A DNA stretch of 64,000 nucleotides from Rubripirellula sp. (GTDB lineage: Bacteria > Planctomycetota > Planctomycetia > Pirellulales > Pirellulaceae): assembly GCA_965216875.1 (NCBI GenBank), contig OZ244207.1, forward strand, positions 4,288,001 to 4,352,000, written 5' to 3'. Positions 9,424 to 20,967 of the stretch are shown piece by piece; position 1 is the first letter of the stretch; the number at the start of each line of letters is the position of its first letter. The position numbers were made by a program, and so were the translations under genes. Under the pieces are notes generated by a model, which was given only the letters and a program-made list of their open reading frames with translations, made no database searches and was not told the DNA's origin.

Positions 9424-9774
9424 GCCGGATCAAGGAACGACAGCGACACAGATCCGGCTTTGTGCCCTCGGTCGTAGGCCCGCCCTAAGTCGGCGGGCGA
9501 AAAGATTCCGGCTAAAGCCGGTACTACGAACGGCGCCCGTAGGCCAGATCAAGGAGCGACAGCGACGCAGATCCGGCTTTGTGCCCTCGGTCGTAGGCCC
9601 GCCTCAAGGCGGCGGGTGAAAAGATTCCGGCTGAAGCCGGTACTACGAACGGCGTCCGTAGGCCGGATCAAGGAGCGACAGCAACGCAGATCCGGCTTTG
9701 TGACCTCGGTCGTAGGCCCGCCCTAAGTCGGCGGGTGAAAAGATTCCGGCTGATGCCGGTACTACGAACGGCGC
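9420..9774. repeat. Three tandem 119-bp units, each a mosaic of REP-like palindromes (BIME-like)
   Basis: Units start at 9420, 9539 and 9658; each contains GTAGGCCGGATCAAGG..GATCCGGC, GTAGGCCCGCC..GGCGGG and ATTCCGGCTGAAGCCGGTACTAC. Confidence 0.92.
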
Positions 9775-9808
9775 AAAAGGTGCGTGCAAGCACACACCCT
9801 ACTTTGAA

Positions 9809-11854
9809 TCACGACTTTGCGGCTGCGACGACTGCATCGACGTTGATCCCGAAGTGCTCGTAAACTTCGGTGTAAGGTCCGCTGGCACCGTAACCGTTCA
9901 TGCCAACAAACTTGCCGTTGCTGCCGATCCAACGATCCCAGCACATGCGAATGCCTGCTTCGACGGCGACGCGATTGGTCACAGCCGGTGGCAAGACTTC
10001 GTCTCGGTATGCTTGCGATTGCTCGGCGAACAGGTCCATGCAAGGCATGCTGACCACGCGAACTTTCTTGCCTTCTGCCGTCAATTGCTTTGCAGCGTCG
10101 GTGCAAAGACCAAGCTCGCTGCCGCTGCCCATCAAGATCACGTCCGGAGTACCATCGCAATCGGATACGACGTAGCCACCTTTGGCACAACCGCTTGCGG
10201 GGGCATAGACGGTGCGATCGAGCGTTTCCATGTTTTGACGCGAAAGGACGAAGGCCGATGGGTGATCGCTGATTTGCATCGCCGTGCGATAACACTCGGC
10301 AACTTCGTTGGCATCACCAGGACGAAAGACGTTCATACCGGGAATCGCGCGGCATGCGGTCAGGTGTTCGACCGGTTGGTGAGTCGGTCCGTCTTCGCCA
10401 ACGCCAATCGAATCGTGCGTCAGGATGTAAGTCACAGGCTGGTGCATGATGCTCGAAAGCCGCATGCCACCACGCATGTAGTCGGTAAAGACAAAGAAGG
10501 TTGCCGCGTACGATCGAAGACCTGAGAGTGACAAGCCGTTGACGATCCCGGCCATCGCATGTTCGCGAATACCGAAGTGCAAGTTGCGGCCACCGAATTG
10601 TCCGGGCAAGAACTCGCCGGCGCCTTCGAACTTCAAGTCCGATTTGTTACTGGGTGCTAAGTCAGCCGATCCGCCGATCATGAACGGAATGTTTTGAGCG
10701 ATCGCGTTGAGGACTTTGCCGCTGCTGTTTCGCGTCGCGTCACCCTTTTCGCTTGCTTCGAAGACAGGAATGTCTTTGTCCCAACCCTCGGGCAACTTGC
10801 CGTCGAACATCGCTTGCAGTTCGCCCGCTTTGGCTGGGTTGGCCGCTTGGTAAGCTTCCCAAGTCTGCTCCCACGCTGCGTAAGCGTCGGCACCACGGGC
10901 CCCAACCCCTGCGGCGAAGTGCTCGAGCACGCCTTCTGGGATGTGGAACTTTTCGTCTTTGGGGAAACCGTAGGCTTCTTTGGCCAACGCGACTTCGTCC
11001 CAACCAAGGGGTGCACCGTGTGCACCATGAGTGTTTTGCTTGTTGGGTGCTCCCCAACCGATGATGCTCTTGACGATGATGATCGTCGGCTTGTCGGTGC
11101 AAGCTTTGAATGCCTCGATTGCTTTACCGAGAGCTTCCAAGTCGTTCGCATCGTCGACGTGCAGCACGTTCCAGCCTAGACCGGCAAATCGTTCGCCAAC
11201 ATTTTCGCTGAAGGCCAGATCGGTGTCGCCTTCGATCGTGATGCTGTTGTCGTCGTACAACCAGCAAAGGTTGTCGAGTTTCAAGTGTCCGGCAACCGAA
11301 GCGGCTTCGCAAGCAACGCCTTCCATCAAGTCGCCATCGCTGCAGAGTGCGTAGACGTTGTAGTCAAACAGCGTGTGGTCGGCGGTGTTGTAGTTTGCGG
11401 CCAACCATTTTTCGGCCATCGCCATACCAACCGAGTTACTGACGCCAGCGCCGAGCGGTCCGGTCGTGGTTTCGATGCCGGCAGCTTCTGCGAACTCGGG
11501 GTGTCCGGCACAAACGCTACCGATTTGGCGGAAGTTTTTGATGTCTTCGAGCTTGATCGACAACTCGTCGGTCGGATTGCCCGACTCGTCCAGAGCCTTG
11601 ACGCCAGAGAGATGCAAAACGCTGTACAGCAGCATCGAGGCGTGGCCGCAGGAGAGGACGAAGCGGTCGCGACCTGGCCAAGTTGGCTGGGCCGGATCGT
11701 AATTCATCGTGTGGTTGAACAACTGGTAGGCGATCGGGGCAAGCGCCATTGGCGTGCCGGGGTGACCGCTATTGGCTGTTTGCACCGCGTCCATGCTAAG
11801 GGTTCGAATCGTATCGACCGCAACGTTCTGGATATCTGTGGACGCAACGCTCAT
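9809..11854 (-). CDS. tkt: Transketolase
   Basis: SGHPG, RDRFVLSCGH, DGDLMEG, HFGIREHAM, THDSIGVGEDGPTHQP. Confidence 0.98.
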   Translation of the reverse strand: MSVASTDIQNVAVDTIRTLSMDAVQTANSGHPGTPMALAPIAYQLFNHTMNYDPAQPTWPGRDRFVLSCGHASMLLYSVLHLSGVKALDESGNPTDELSIKLEDIKNFRQIGSVCAGHPEFAEAAGIETTTGPLGAGVSNSVGMAMAEKWLAANYNTADHTLFDYNVYALCSDGDLMEGVACEAASVAGHLKLDNLCWLYDDNSITIEGDTDLAFSENVGERFAGLGWNVLHVDDANDLEALGKAIEAFKACTDKPTIIIVKSIIGWGAPNKQNTHGAHGAPLGWDEVALAKEAYGFPKDEKFHIPEGVLEHFAAGVGARGADAYAAWEQTWEAYQAANPAKAGELQAMFDGKLPEGWDKDIPVFEASEKGDATRNSSGKVLNAIAQNIPFMIGGSADLAPSNKSDLKFEGAGEFLPGQFGGRNLHFGIREHAMAGIVNGLSLSGLRSYAATFFVFTDYMRGGMRLSSIMHQPVTYILTHDSIGVGEDGPTHQPVEHLTACRAIPGMNVFRPGDANEVAECYRTAMQISDHPSAFVLSRQNMETLDRTVYAPASGCAKGGYVVSDCDGTPDVILMGSGSELGLCTDAAKQLTAEGKKVRVVSMPCMDLFAEQSQAYRDEVLPPAVTNRVAVEAGIRMCWDRWIGSNGKFVGMNGYGASGPYTEVYEHFGINVDAVVAAAKS

Positions 11855-12042
11855 CAGCTGGCAACCGTTTCTCTAAATGGGGGTGTGTAAAAGTGGGGCA
11901 AGTACCGCCAATCGCCCTCAAAAAGCTGCCGAAAAGCCTACTGTTATCAAGCCCGATTGGGTAGGGCGGGGTCCAACCAAGATCGGTTGCGACGCCATCC
12001 CCCACCCACACCGCAATCAACGGGGCGCGAAGCAACACTCCC

Positions 12043-12100
12043 GTAGGATGCGTGCTTGCACGCATCATTGATGCGGATTTGGTGCATGCAAGCACACGCC
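12043..12100. repeat. REP-like family G (GTAGG.TGCGTGCTTGCACGCA)
   Basis: Paired arms at 12043-12100; reverse-complement copy at 9779-9802. Confidence 0.7.
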
Positions 12101-12110
12101 CGATGACCTT

Positions 12111-12872
12111 TTACCCCTTCAAATCCCAACCCGACATTTTCTCCAACAGCGATCGCTGGGTCAGGTCGAAGTGCAGGGGAGTGAGCGTGACGTTGCCCTT
12201 GCGCAGCTCTGTGACGTCGGCCATCTCGGGGGGCGGTTGATCAGGCTCGCTCCATAGCGCCCAGTAATAGTTCCGCCCGCCAGGATCCTGTCGCTTCTCA
12301 TAAGTTCTCCCATATTGGGCCAGCCCCATGGGAACGATGCGAAGGTCTTTGGGAGCCTGGGTGGCTGCGGTCGGAATGTTCAAATTGAACAATTTCCCGG
12401 CAGCATCATCCTGGGGCACCAGCCCGCTGATCACATTGCGAGCAATCACGGCAGCGGTTTGGTAATCGGCGTCTTCGTCGTATTCCAAGGAAACCGCGAC
12501 GCTCGTGACCCCAAAAAAGGCCCCCTCGATCGCGGCAGCGACCGTTCCGCTGTAAAGGACGTTGATTCCGGCGTTGAGGCCGCTGTTGATGCCGCTGACC
12601 ACCAAATCGACCGGGGTTTCTTTGAGTAGTTCGCCGATCGCCAATTTGACGCAATCTGCTGGCGATCCCTCGACGGCCCAGGCCCAATGCCGGCCTTCGC
12701 GGTGAATCGACTTACAGGTCAAAGGGGTCAAAAAAGTGATCGAGTGGCCAACACCGCTCTGCTCGGTGGCCGGTGCGATCACAAAGACTTCGCCCAAATG
12801 TCGAAGCTGACGCTCCAAAGCAAGCAGTCCGGGAGCAAAAACGCCGTCGTCGTTGGTTAGCAAAATTCGCAC
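12111..12872 (-). CDS. surE: 5'/3'-nucleotidase SurE
   Basis: [26 protein letters not shown]...YSGT; GTG start at 12872. Confidence 0.96.
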   Translation of the reverse strand: MRILLTNDDGVFAPGLLALERQLRHLGEVFVIAPATEQSGVGHSITFLTPLTCKSIHREGRHWAWAVEGSPADCVKLAIGELLKETPVDLVVSGINSGLNAGINVLYSGTVAAAIEGAFFGVTSVAVSLEYDEDADYQTAAVIARNVISGLVPQDDAAGKLFNLNIPTAATQAPKDLRIVPMGLAQYGRTYEKRQDPGGRNYYWALWSEPDQPPPEMADVTELRKGNVTLTPLHFDLTQRSLLEKMSGWDLKG

Positions 12873-12980
12873 AGCAGCCGCTTTCTTCAAGGCGAAGGAA
12901 AAATCGGGGGATTACCGGCCCCTTGGGTATCGAACTGCCTTTTTCTACACTTCGTGATTCTTCACGGGAATCCAACACGC

Positions 12981-14567
12981 ATGACTCAGTCAGAAACCGC
13001 CACCGTATCGTCCGCTCCCGACACACTGATGGAGCAACGGATCGTTGTCCTCGACTTCGGTTCGCAATACGCCCAACTGATCGCGCGTCGCGTTCGCGAT
13101 CAAAACGTTTATTGCCAAATCTTGCGGCACGATATCTCCGCAGAACGTTTGGCTGAACTGGCCCCCAAAGGCATCATTCTTTCGGGCGGCCCTTCAAGCG
13201 TTTACGAAGAGAACGCACCGAAGTGCGATCCCGGCATCTTTGAGCTCGGTATTCCCGTGCTTGGAATTTGCTACGGGATGCAAATCGCTTGCCAAGTTCT
13301 CGGCGGCAAAGTCGACAACACGCCGACTCAAGAATACGGCCCCGCCAAGTTCCGCATCGAATGCCCAAACGAATTGTTTGCGGGACTGCCAGACGAGATG
13401 GATGTCTGGATGAGTCACGGCGATCAAGTTTCGTCGATTCCAGAAGACTTTGAAATGTTGGCCAAGACCAGCACCTGTCCCTACGCTGCGATTCGCCATC
13501 GCAACAAACCGGTCTTTGGCATTCAGTTTCATCCCGAAGTCACACACACACCTCAGGGCGGAAAGCTGCTCGAAAACTTTGTGGTTGGCGTGTGCGGCTG
13601 CGAAGCAACTTGGAAGCTCGGCGACTTTGCCGAAAGAGCGATCGAATCGATTCGCAAACAAGTGGGCGATCGCCGCGTGATCTGTGGGCTTAGCGGAGGA
13701 GTCGACTCTTCCGTTGTCGCCGCCATCCTTTACAAAGCAATCGGCCCCCAGCTTTCTTGCATTTTGGTCGACAACGGTTTGCTTCGCAAAAACGAACAAG
13801 AGCTTGTGATCAGTGAATTCACCGATCACTTCAAGACCGACCTCCATGTTGTGAACGCTCAACAAGCGTTCCTTGAAGACTTGGCAGGCATTTCCGAACC
13901 GCAAGAGAAGCGTCGCCGCATTGGCCACCGATTCATTGAGTGCTTCAAAGAAGAAGCAGCCAAGATCACCGACGCACATTTCCTCGCGCAAGGGACGCTT
14001 TATCCCGACGTGATCGAAAGTGGTGCCGATCCAGACGGACCGGCTGCGACGATTAAGTTGCACCACAACGTCGGTGGGCTGCCCGAAGAACTTGGCTTTG
14101 AATTGATCGAACCCCTTCGCGATCTCTTCAAAGACGAAGTGCGACGTCTCGGTTTGGAACTTGGTTTGCCAGAATCATTGGTTTGGCGACACCCGTTCCC
14201 GGGCCCCGGACTTGCCGTTCGCTGCTTGGGCGAAGTGACCGAAGACAAGCTTGCCGTCCTTCGCGAAGCCGACGCGATTGTTGTTGGTGAAATCGAAGCG
14301 GCCGGTCTCTACCGCGAAACAAGCCAATCGTTTGCCGTTCTCCTTCCAGTCCAAAGTGTCGGCGTGATGGGCGATGCTCGGACCTACGACAACGCGGTCG
14401 CGATTCGAAGCGTCGACACCAACGACTTCATGACTGCCGACTGGAGCCGGTTGCCTTACGACCTGCTGGCCAAAATCAGCTCGCGCATCATCAACGAAGT
14501 CAAAGGGGTGAACCGGGTTTGTTACGACATCAGCAGCAAACCTCCTGCAACTATCGAGTGGGAATAG
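12981..14567 (+). CDS. guaA: GMP synthase (glutamine-hydrolysing)
   Basis: [40 protein letters not shown]. Confidence 0.98.
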   Translation: MTQSETATVSSAPDTLMEQRIVVLDFGSQYAQLIARRVRDQNVYCQILRHDISAERLAELAPKGIILSGGPSSVYEENAPKCDPGIFELGIPVLGICYGMQIACQVLGGKVDNTPTQEYGPAKFRIECPNELFAGLPDEMDVWMSHGDQVSSIPEDFEMLAKTSTCPYAAIRHRNKPVFGIQFHPEVTHTPQGGKLLENFVVGVCGCEATWKLGDFAERAIESIRKQVGDRRVICGLSGGVDSSVVAAILYKAIGPQLSCILVDNGLLRKNEQELVISEFTDHFKTDLHVVNAQQAFLEDLAGISEPQEKRRRIGHRFIECFKEEAAKITDAHFLAQGTLYPDVIESGADPDGPAATIKLHHNVGGLPEELGFELIEPLRDLFKDEVRRLGLELGLPESLVWRHPFPGPGLAVRCLGEVTEDKLAVLREADAIVVGEIEAAGLYRETSQSFAVLLPVQSVGVMGDARTYDNAVAIRSVDTNDFMTADWSRLPYDLLAKISSRIINEVKGVNRVCYDISSKPPATIEWE

Positions 14568-14690
14568 TGCTTGCCACGCCCACAGAGAATTCTTGGTGTT
14601 TCCTGCGGGCGTCGAACGCAACCGGGACACGACTCGCGACCAATTCCACCTTCGCAAAACCACCTACATCGCTAACCAAACGCATCGGGC

Positions 14691-16367
14691 ATGTCACGCC
14701 AATACATTTATCAAGTCGAAGACCTGACCAAAAAACACGGCCAAAAGACGGTGCTGGATGACATTTGGTTGGCGTTCTACCCCGGTGCAAAAATCGGAGT
14801 GCTCGGCCCCAACGGCGCGGGTAAGTCGACGTTGCTGCGGATCATGGCTGGCCAAGACACCGAATTCGAGGGCACCGCGCGACTGACCAATGGGTTCACC
14901 GTCGGATACCTCGAACAAGAACCACCGCTGAACGAATCGAAAACCGTTTTCGAAAACGTTCAAGAAGCCGTCGCCGAGCGTCAAGCGATCCTCGATCGCT
15001 ACAACGAAATCTCGGGCCTCCTTGGTGAGGTGACCGACGATGACGAAATGCAAAAGCTTTGCGACGAGATGGCAAAGCTGCAGGACATCATCGACGCAGG
15101 CAACCTTTGGGAACTCGATCGCCAAGTCGAGATGTCGATGGCAGTGATGAACCTGCCACCGGGCGATGCCGCCGTGACCAACCTTTCCGGCGGTGAGCGA
15201 CGTCGTGTTGCGTTGTGCCAACTGATGATTCGCCAGCCCGACCTACTGTTGCTTGACGAACCGACCAACCACTTGGATGCCGAAAGCGTCTCGTGGCTCG
15301 AGCAACATTTGGCCAAGTATCCAGGAACGGTCGTCGCCGTGACGCACGACCGTTACTTCCTCGACAATGTCGCCCAGTGGATTCTCGAAATCGATCGCGG
15401 CAAAGGCATTCCGTTCGAAGGCAACTACACCGCCTGGCTCGAAAATCGCCAAAAACGTTTGGCCGTCGAACAACGCCAACAAAAAGCTCGTGAACGCACC
15501 CTTTCTCGTGAGCTTGAATGGATTCGTATGAGCCCCAAGGCGCGGCAAGCCAAGAGCAAGGCGCGTATCAAAGCCTACGAAGAAATGTCGTCACAGACCT
15601 TCGAGGATCGGCCAGACGAGTTGGAGATCCAAATCCCGTCGGGTCGCCATCTCGGAGAACTGGTCATCGAAGGCACCAATATCCACAAAGCCTTTGGCGA
15701 CAAGGTTCTGATCGATGACCTCTCGTTCCGCCTACCTGCGGGTGGAATTGTTGGTGTGATCGGCCCCAATGGCGCTGGCAAGACGACGTTGTTCCGAATG
15801 CTGACCGGCCAGGACCAACCCGACAAAGGCACGTTCCGCGTCGGTGACACCGTCGATTTGGGATACGTCGATCAAAGCCGCGACTCACTTGATGCCAACA
15901 AGACCGTCTTTGAAGAAATCAGTGGCGGCACCGAAACGATCGTGATGGGTGGCCGCAACATTGCCGCTCGTGCCTATGTCGCGCGTTTCAACTTCAAGGG
16001 CCCCGACCAAGAAAAGAAAGTCGGTAACCTCTCGGGCGGTGAACGCAATCGCGTCCACTTGGCAAAACTGCTACGACAAGGTTGCAATGTCTTGCTGCTT
16101 GACGAACCGACCAATGACTTGGACGTCGACACCCTTCGAGCACTCGAAGAAGCGATCGCCAACTTTGCTGGTTGCGTCGTCGTGACCAGTCACGACCGCT
16201 GGTTCCTTGATCGCTTGGCAACGCACATCCTGGCGTTTGAAGGTGACGGAAAATTGACATGGTGCGAAGGCAACTTCGACACGTATGAACGCAACTACCG
16301 CGAACGGATGGGCGAAGACCCCGACGAAGACCGACAAGCTCGCTACAAGAGCATCCACGCAGGCTAA
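14691..16367 (+). CDS. ettA: ABC-F energy-dependent translational throttle protein
   Basis: Two ABC domains without [39 protein letters not shown] linker. Confidence 0.93.
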   Translation: MSRQYIYQVEDLTKKHGQKTVLDDIWLAFYPGAKIGVLGPNGAGKSTLLRIMAGQDTEFEGTARLTNGFTVGYLEQEPPLNESKTVFENVQEAVAERQAILDRYNEISGLLGEVTDDDEMQKLCDEMAKLQDIIDAGNLWELDRQVEMSMAVMNLPPGDAAVTNLSGGERRRVALCQLMIRQPDLLLLDEPTNHLDAESVSWLEQHLAKYPGTVVAVTHDRYFLDNVAQWILEIDRGKGIPFEGNYTAWLENRQKRLAVEQRQQKARERTLSRELEWIRMSPKARQAKSKARIKAYEEMSSQTFEDRPDELEIQIPSGRHLGELVIEGTNIHKAFGDKVLIDDLSFRLPAGGIVGVIGPNGAGKTTLFRMLTGQDQPDKGTFRVGDTVDLGYVDQSRDSLDANKTVFEEISGGTETIVMGGRNIAARAYVARFNFKGPDQEKKVGNLSGGERNRVHLAKLLRQGCNVLLLDEPTNDLDVDTLRALEEAIANFAGCVVVTSHDRWFLDRLATHILAFEGDGKLTWCEGNFDTYERNYRERMGEDPDEDRQARYKSIHAG

Positions 16368-16449
16368 TTCAAATCACCCCGCGACAGCCTGCCCCCGGCT
16401 TGTTGTCGCACACGGATCAACCACAACACACATCAAAGGAACGTAGAAG

Positions 16450-16710
16450 ATGACGATTCTTAGAGTTGGCACAAACCAGAAGTACTCCGACGGCTGGAGT
16501 GCAGCATTTGGTGGCGGAAGCAAGTCCGCATCGGCCGGAAAGAAAAAAGCAACCAAAAAGAAGACTGCGAAGAAGAAAGCTGCCAAGAAAAAAGCAGTAA
16601 GCAAGAAAGCCACCAAAAAGAAGGCCGCCAAGAAAGCGGCCCCCAAAAAGAAGTCGGCCACGAAAAAGGTGACCAAAAAGAAGGCTGCAAAGAAGAAGGG
16701 CAAGAAATAG
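16450..16710 (+). CDS. Small Lys/Ala-rich histone-H1-like protein (86 aa)
   Basis: AAAGGA RBS; 34 of 86 residues are Lys in about 5-residue KKKAA-type repeats after an N-terminal RVGTNQKYSDGW head. Confidence 0.75.
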   Translation: MTILRVGTNQKYSDGWSAAFGGGSKSASAGKKKATKKKTAKKKAAKKKAVSKKATKKKAAKKAAPKKKSATKKVTKKKAAKKKGKK

Positions 16711-16836
16711 CCCAACGCAACGCGATCGCATGTAGTGGTCACGCTCGTTTGCGTGACCGCTTTGCGAGTGAGTGAACGTCTCGATAGCTATCGATCGCGT
16801 TTAAAGATCAAAGCCCCACGCCCCGGCCCGCCTCGT

Positions 16837-19800
16837 ATGTCAACCAACCTGCCGCCTGAATCACTAAGCGACTCGCTTCAGCGGTTGGCTGGTTACCTGA
16901 ATTTCTCTTCGGGAACCAGCGACGTTGCAACCTTGGCGGCGTGGAACGATGTGTTCGAAGCCGCTTCACATGGCGACCCGCTTTCGGGTCCAGCGGCGTG
17001 GTTGGTGGTCAAGGATTGGCTCACCGAAACGCTGACGCAGTTGAACGAAAATGCGTCGGCCTTTCGTGACATCACTCAAGCCAACAACATTGTTCGGCTA
17101 CTTTGGAGCGAATTGCTTCCCGCCTATTTGGACTTCCATCGGGACCTGCTTTTTCATCAGGAACCCGAGGTCCTGTTCAATGGATTCTTCCTTGCTCGCG
17201 CTGCCGACGCGATCCTTGCGGTTGAATCGGATGCGGACAAAGAAGATGCCGAAATCGTGCAAGCGGCCATCGATTCGCTTGATGATTTCGTTGGCTATCG
17301 GCCTGTTGCCGTGCTCGAGAATCGCACGTGTCAACCGTACCGACACGAGTTCGTCCGCCCCGTTCCGCTTTACATTCAAGACGCAGGCGTTTCGGCCGGC
17401 CCGTACCGCGAGATCATCACGTTGGCGATCGAGGCGTTGGAAAACACCGATCCAGCAATCTTGCGTGCCGCGTCGTTCGACCCGAGTCGATTGAAGGAAC
17501 TGGCGCTCGACCCGCGTGCTTATGACTTTGATCACCCGGTCAATCGCCGTCCCAACTATCACTTCGGCGGCTGGGACCAGCACAGCATCGACGAAGACGG
17601 CTACTTTGATCGCTTCGTGCTTCGGCAAGTCACCCTCGGCGCGCTTTTGAGTCGACTTGACGAACACCCCGACATCGATCGCCAGGAATTACTGGTCGAA
17701 GCGGCATCGGTTCTTGCAGGGACAATCTTAATGGCCTCGGGCATTAGCGGCTGGGGCCCGTCGGCAATCACATCCGACGTGACGCTCAGTTCGTTGATGC
17801 AACCGATCGCGGCGTATCGCGACGCGTACTATGAACATCGACTTGAATGTTTGAGCGGCGAACATGGCGAGCGACTTGCGGGCGAACAGAAGCTCCGTCG
17901 CCAACCCTTTGGCGCCGCTCGCCAACATCTCAATGCAGCACTCGCACTTCGCCGCGCCGCCCAGCTGCAACATGTGCAACTGGCTCGGCTGTACGCGCGG
18001 ATGGGTTATCCCGATGCAGCCACCAAACAAGCCGATGTCGTCCCCGCCGCATCAGCGCGGATGATGTGTCGCATCGATTGCGCAATGACACTCGGCTTGC
18101 GGGCATTGCGAGCTGGCAAACTAAAAGAAGCGACGCCTGTTCCGAGATTGGCTTTCGACCTGCTCAAGCGGGCCATCGAATGTGGTGCCTTGATCGACCC
18201 GTGGGACATCCTGGGCTTCGGTGGCAACTTTAGCCTCTATCCCGGTCCCGAAAGTGGTGTTCACGATGCGCGCGTCGACGACCTGCTGTATTTGATCGAA
18301 CAACTCTTCGGATACACCGCTCGCGTCTGGAGTGAAGCAGCGGCGCAAAACGACGACTCGGTGTACACCGAAATGGAAACGCAATACCAAGAGATTGCGG
18401 TTTGGTTTCGGCAATTCGCGGCCCACACCATCGAGTCGATCGAAGCGACCGACCCGCTTGAATCGTTTGAATCGGCACGCTTGGTGGCTCGCGCATTGCG
18501 GCTCTGGCACAAAGGGGGCGCTGAAGCAGGCGACGTTGCTTTCTGGGCGCCCCACGCCGACCTCTTCGATTCACCCCGAGCCTATTCGTTGGTGATCTCG
18601 GCACTGCTCGAACGCGAAGACTTTGTTCCGGCGATGGCGTTGATCGTCCATTGGCTTGGCAATGCCGATCGCGTCGGCCTACGAAGTGGCGGCAACTCGC
18701 TTCCCCGCCTCTCCGAGCGGTGGCTGCTCCGCGTTCGCGATGCAGCCGAACACGACGACGATGGCTTTGGCGACACCACGATCGACCAAGCCTCTCAAAA
18801 CGACACACGTGATGTGTGGCCGATGGTACGCAAGTTCTTTGATTACCTCGAAGCCAATGCGGAAGCGTTTTGGTCGACGCCAACGTTCTCCCTAGGCAGC
18901 CAACCGAACAAGCCCAAGGATTGGGACCGCGAACTGACCGCCGCCGACGAAGATGACAGCGAAGACAATCTTTATCAGGCCGCCTATGAAGGGATGACCT
19001 ATCGCGACACCACCGACGATGGCAACGAAGGTGCGGTCTTTGAATATGGCGACGACAGCAGCGTCGATGAACTCGAAGCGGAAACGAAACGCCTCGCCGA
19101 ACACCTGAGTTTCCTGCAATCGCTGGCGCGAATGTGGTCGGTTGCCGCCGATGTTGCGGTTGCCGATGAAAACCCCGAAGACCTTGACGATCGACTGCAT
19201 TCACTCAGCTCGTGGGCCAAGCGAGCGCGTGAAAACCGCATCGGCCTGCTGGAATTGCTTGATGCGGTCCGCAACTTCAAAATTGCACCGGCCGGAAGCG
19301 ACAAAGACTCGATGCGCAGCTATGACCGGCGGCGCGTCTTACGTGACTCGTTGATGGAACGGATCATCGGCACCGCCGTCGAAATGTCGGACGCCCGACG
19401 GCTTGTTGTCGGTGCACTCCTGTCGCTTTCCGATTCGTGTGCTCGCGAAGAACTCGAAGAGATGGCCGAAGATGACGAACATGCCGTCCGCATGTTCGGT
19501 GCATTGATTTCGGGCGACTTCGAAGCGACGCGAAAAACCTACACCGGCTTCCTTGATGCCCTTCGCGACAAAAACCTGCTTTACATCCCACTGTCGCGCG
19601 GTGGTGATCCGGTCAAAATCTACCTCGCTCGACTGCGCCAACGTGTGCTTCGCCACCTGATGCATTGGTTGCCACGGCGCGGCTTGATCTCCGAAGCTTG
19701 CCATCTGGTCGAACGCGCCCGCCAGATGGAACAATCCAATCCCATCGGCGTCGGCGCTGTCACCGAATTTGACGGTCTGTTTCGCGACGGCTTTCGATCA

Positions 19801-20877
19801 TTGGTGGCATCGCTGGTCGAATCGACGCGCCAATCCTTGACCAAGGACGGCGAACAAGCCGATGAAAAAGCGGTGGCGGATGAACTGATTCCGCTGCTCG
19901 AGAAGTTGACCGAAACGATGCTCGGCAGCTGGCTCGCTCACAGCCAAACCTTGCGTTTGTCGCCGCTGGAAACCGTCATCGATCCCAAGAAGTGGGAGAT
20001 GCTCGTCGGGTTCATCAAACAGTACGGCGACCCGATGTTCACGCAGACGTTCCTACAACTCGGTAACGTTCGCGCGATCTTGCATCAAGGCGTCCAAGAA
20101 TGGCTGCAACGCGCCATCGACGAAGGTGAAGACCACCTGTGCGACACACAACTGTTCGAAGACTTGGACTCGGGCAAGCTTGAACTGAAAGATGCTCAGC
20201 GCTGGATCACATTGGTTTACGAATCATTGATCGATCACCACGCTGAATACCTCGATTACAACAGCACGACGACGCAGAGTGATCGTGGTGACTTGGTTTA
20301 CATGTTCCTTGATTTCTTGCGACTACGTGTTCGTTACGAACGTATCGCCTGGAATTTGAAACCGGTGATGTGGGCTCACGAAGTGCTGGTGCGAAGTGGG
20401 CTCGAAAATGCAGCGATGATGTGGCGTCGAAGCTTGAGTGAACGCATCGGGTCGGAAGCCGATGTTTATGTCGAACGCCTACGTGCGATGCAAACGAACT
20501 ATGCCATGCGGATGCCAACGGTTGCGGATCGGATTCTCGAACGCTTTGTTCAACCGATGACGATTGACCGAATGCGAGCATTGGTTGGCCCGGCGATGGG
20601 TGATGCAGAAGCCAATCGCGAAAGCCGCTCGTTCGATCTGCTTGAGCAAGAATGTGAATTACTGACCCGCCATCCGACGGGTGTCGGACTCGATGTCCCC
20701 GCTTGGCTTGATGCACTTGAGCAAGAAGTTGAACAGCTAGCAAAACGTCGGTCGAGTAGTGAAATCGATCCACAAAGTTTGATGACGATCACAATCGTGC
20801 CGTTAAGCGTTGAAAAAATCGTTGAGGAACTGACGATTGCAAAACATCAGGGTCGACGCTTGCCTCACATGAAGTGA
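16837..20877 (+). CDS. Large hypothetical protein (about 1346 aa, helical, acidic linker)
   Basis: Long ORF with genome-typical codon usage; no recognisable catalytic motif; ATG start at 16837. Confidence 0.8.
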   Translation: MSTNLPPESLSDSLQRLAGYLNFSSGTSDVATLAAWNDVFEAASHGDPLSGPAAWLVVKDWLTETLTQLNENASAFRDITQANNIVRLLWSELLPAYLDFHRDLLFHQEPEVLFNGFFLARAADAILAVESDADKEDAEIVQAAIDSLDDFVGYRPVAVLENRTCQPYRHEFVRPVPLYIQDAGVSAGPYREIITLAIEALENTDPAILRAASFDPSRLKELALDPRAYDFDHPVNRRPNYHFGGWDQHSIDEDGYFDRFVLRQVTLGALLSRLDEHPDIDRQELLVEAASVLAGTILMASGISGWGPSAITSDVTLSSLMQPIAAYRDAYYEHRLECLSGEHGERLAGEQKLRRQPFGAARQHLNAALALRRAAQLQHVQLARLYARMGYPDAATKQADVVPAASARMMCRIDCAMTLGLRALRAGKLKEATPVPRLAFDLLKRAIECGALIDPWDILGFGGNFSLYPGPESGVHDARVDDLLYLIEQLFGYTARVWSEAAAQNDDSVYTEMETQYQEIAVWFRQFAAHTIESIEATDPLESFESARLVARALRLWHKGGAEAGDVAFWAPHADLFDSPRAYSLVISALLEREDFVPAMALIVHWLGNADRVGLRSGGNSLPRLSERWLLRVRDAAEHDDDGFGDTTIDQASQNDTRDVWPMVRKFFDYLEANAEAFWSTPTFSLGSQPNKPKDWDRELTAADEDDSEDNLYQAAYEGMTYRDTTDDGNEGAVFEYGDDSSVDELEAETKRLAEHLSFLQSLARMWSVAADVAVADENPEDLDDRLHSLSSWAKRARENRIGLLELLDAVRNFKIAPAGSDKDSMRSYDRRRVLRDSLMERIIGTAVEMSDARRLVVGALLSLSDSCAREELEEMAEDDEHAVRMFGALISGDFEATRKTYTGFLDALRDKNLLYIPLSRGGDPVKIYLARLRQRVLRHLMHWLPRRGLISEACHLVERARQMEQSNPIGVGAVTEFDGLFRDGFRSLVASLVESTRQSLTKDGEQADEKAVADELIPLLEKLTETMLGSWLAHSQTLRLSPLETVIDPKKWEMLVGFIKQYGDPMFTQTFLQLGNVRAILHQGVQEWLQRAIDEGEDHLCDTQLFEDLDSGKLELKDAQRWITLVYESLIDHHAEYLDYNSTTTQSDRGDLVYMFLDFLRLRVRYERIAWNLKPVMWAHEVLVRSGLENAAMMWRRSLSERIGSEADVYVERLRAMQTNYAMRMPTVADRILERFVQPMTIDRMRALVGPAMGDAEANRESRSFDLLEQECELLTRHPTGVGLDVPAWLDALEQEVEQLAKRRSSSEIDPQSLMTITIVPLSVEKIVEELTIAKHQGRRLPHMK

Positions 20878-20967
20878 TTGCCTCTCAATAAATCTTTACA
20901 ATTCGGCCGCCGCCCGGCATACTGCCGCGACGAACCAATGGAACCGCGCCGAAATGAATGTACACGG

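Noticed and set aside
9420..9774. Possible CRISPR array
   Set aside because: Whole 119-bp units are repeated with no unique spacers, there are no cas genes, and sub-motifs recur elsewhere as dispersed REPs
16374..16742. Phe/Leu-rich membrane-like ORFs on the - strand
   Set aside because: Mirror of the AAG/AAA Lys codons of the histone-like gene, which has the RBS
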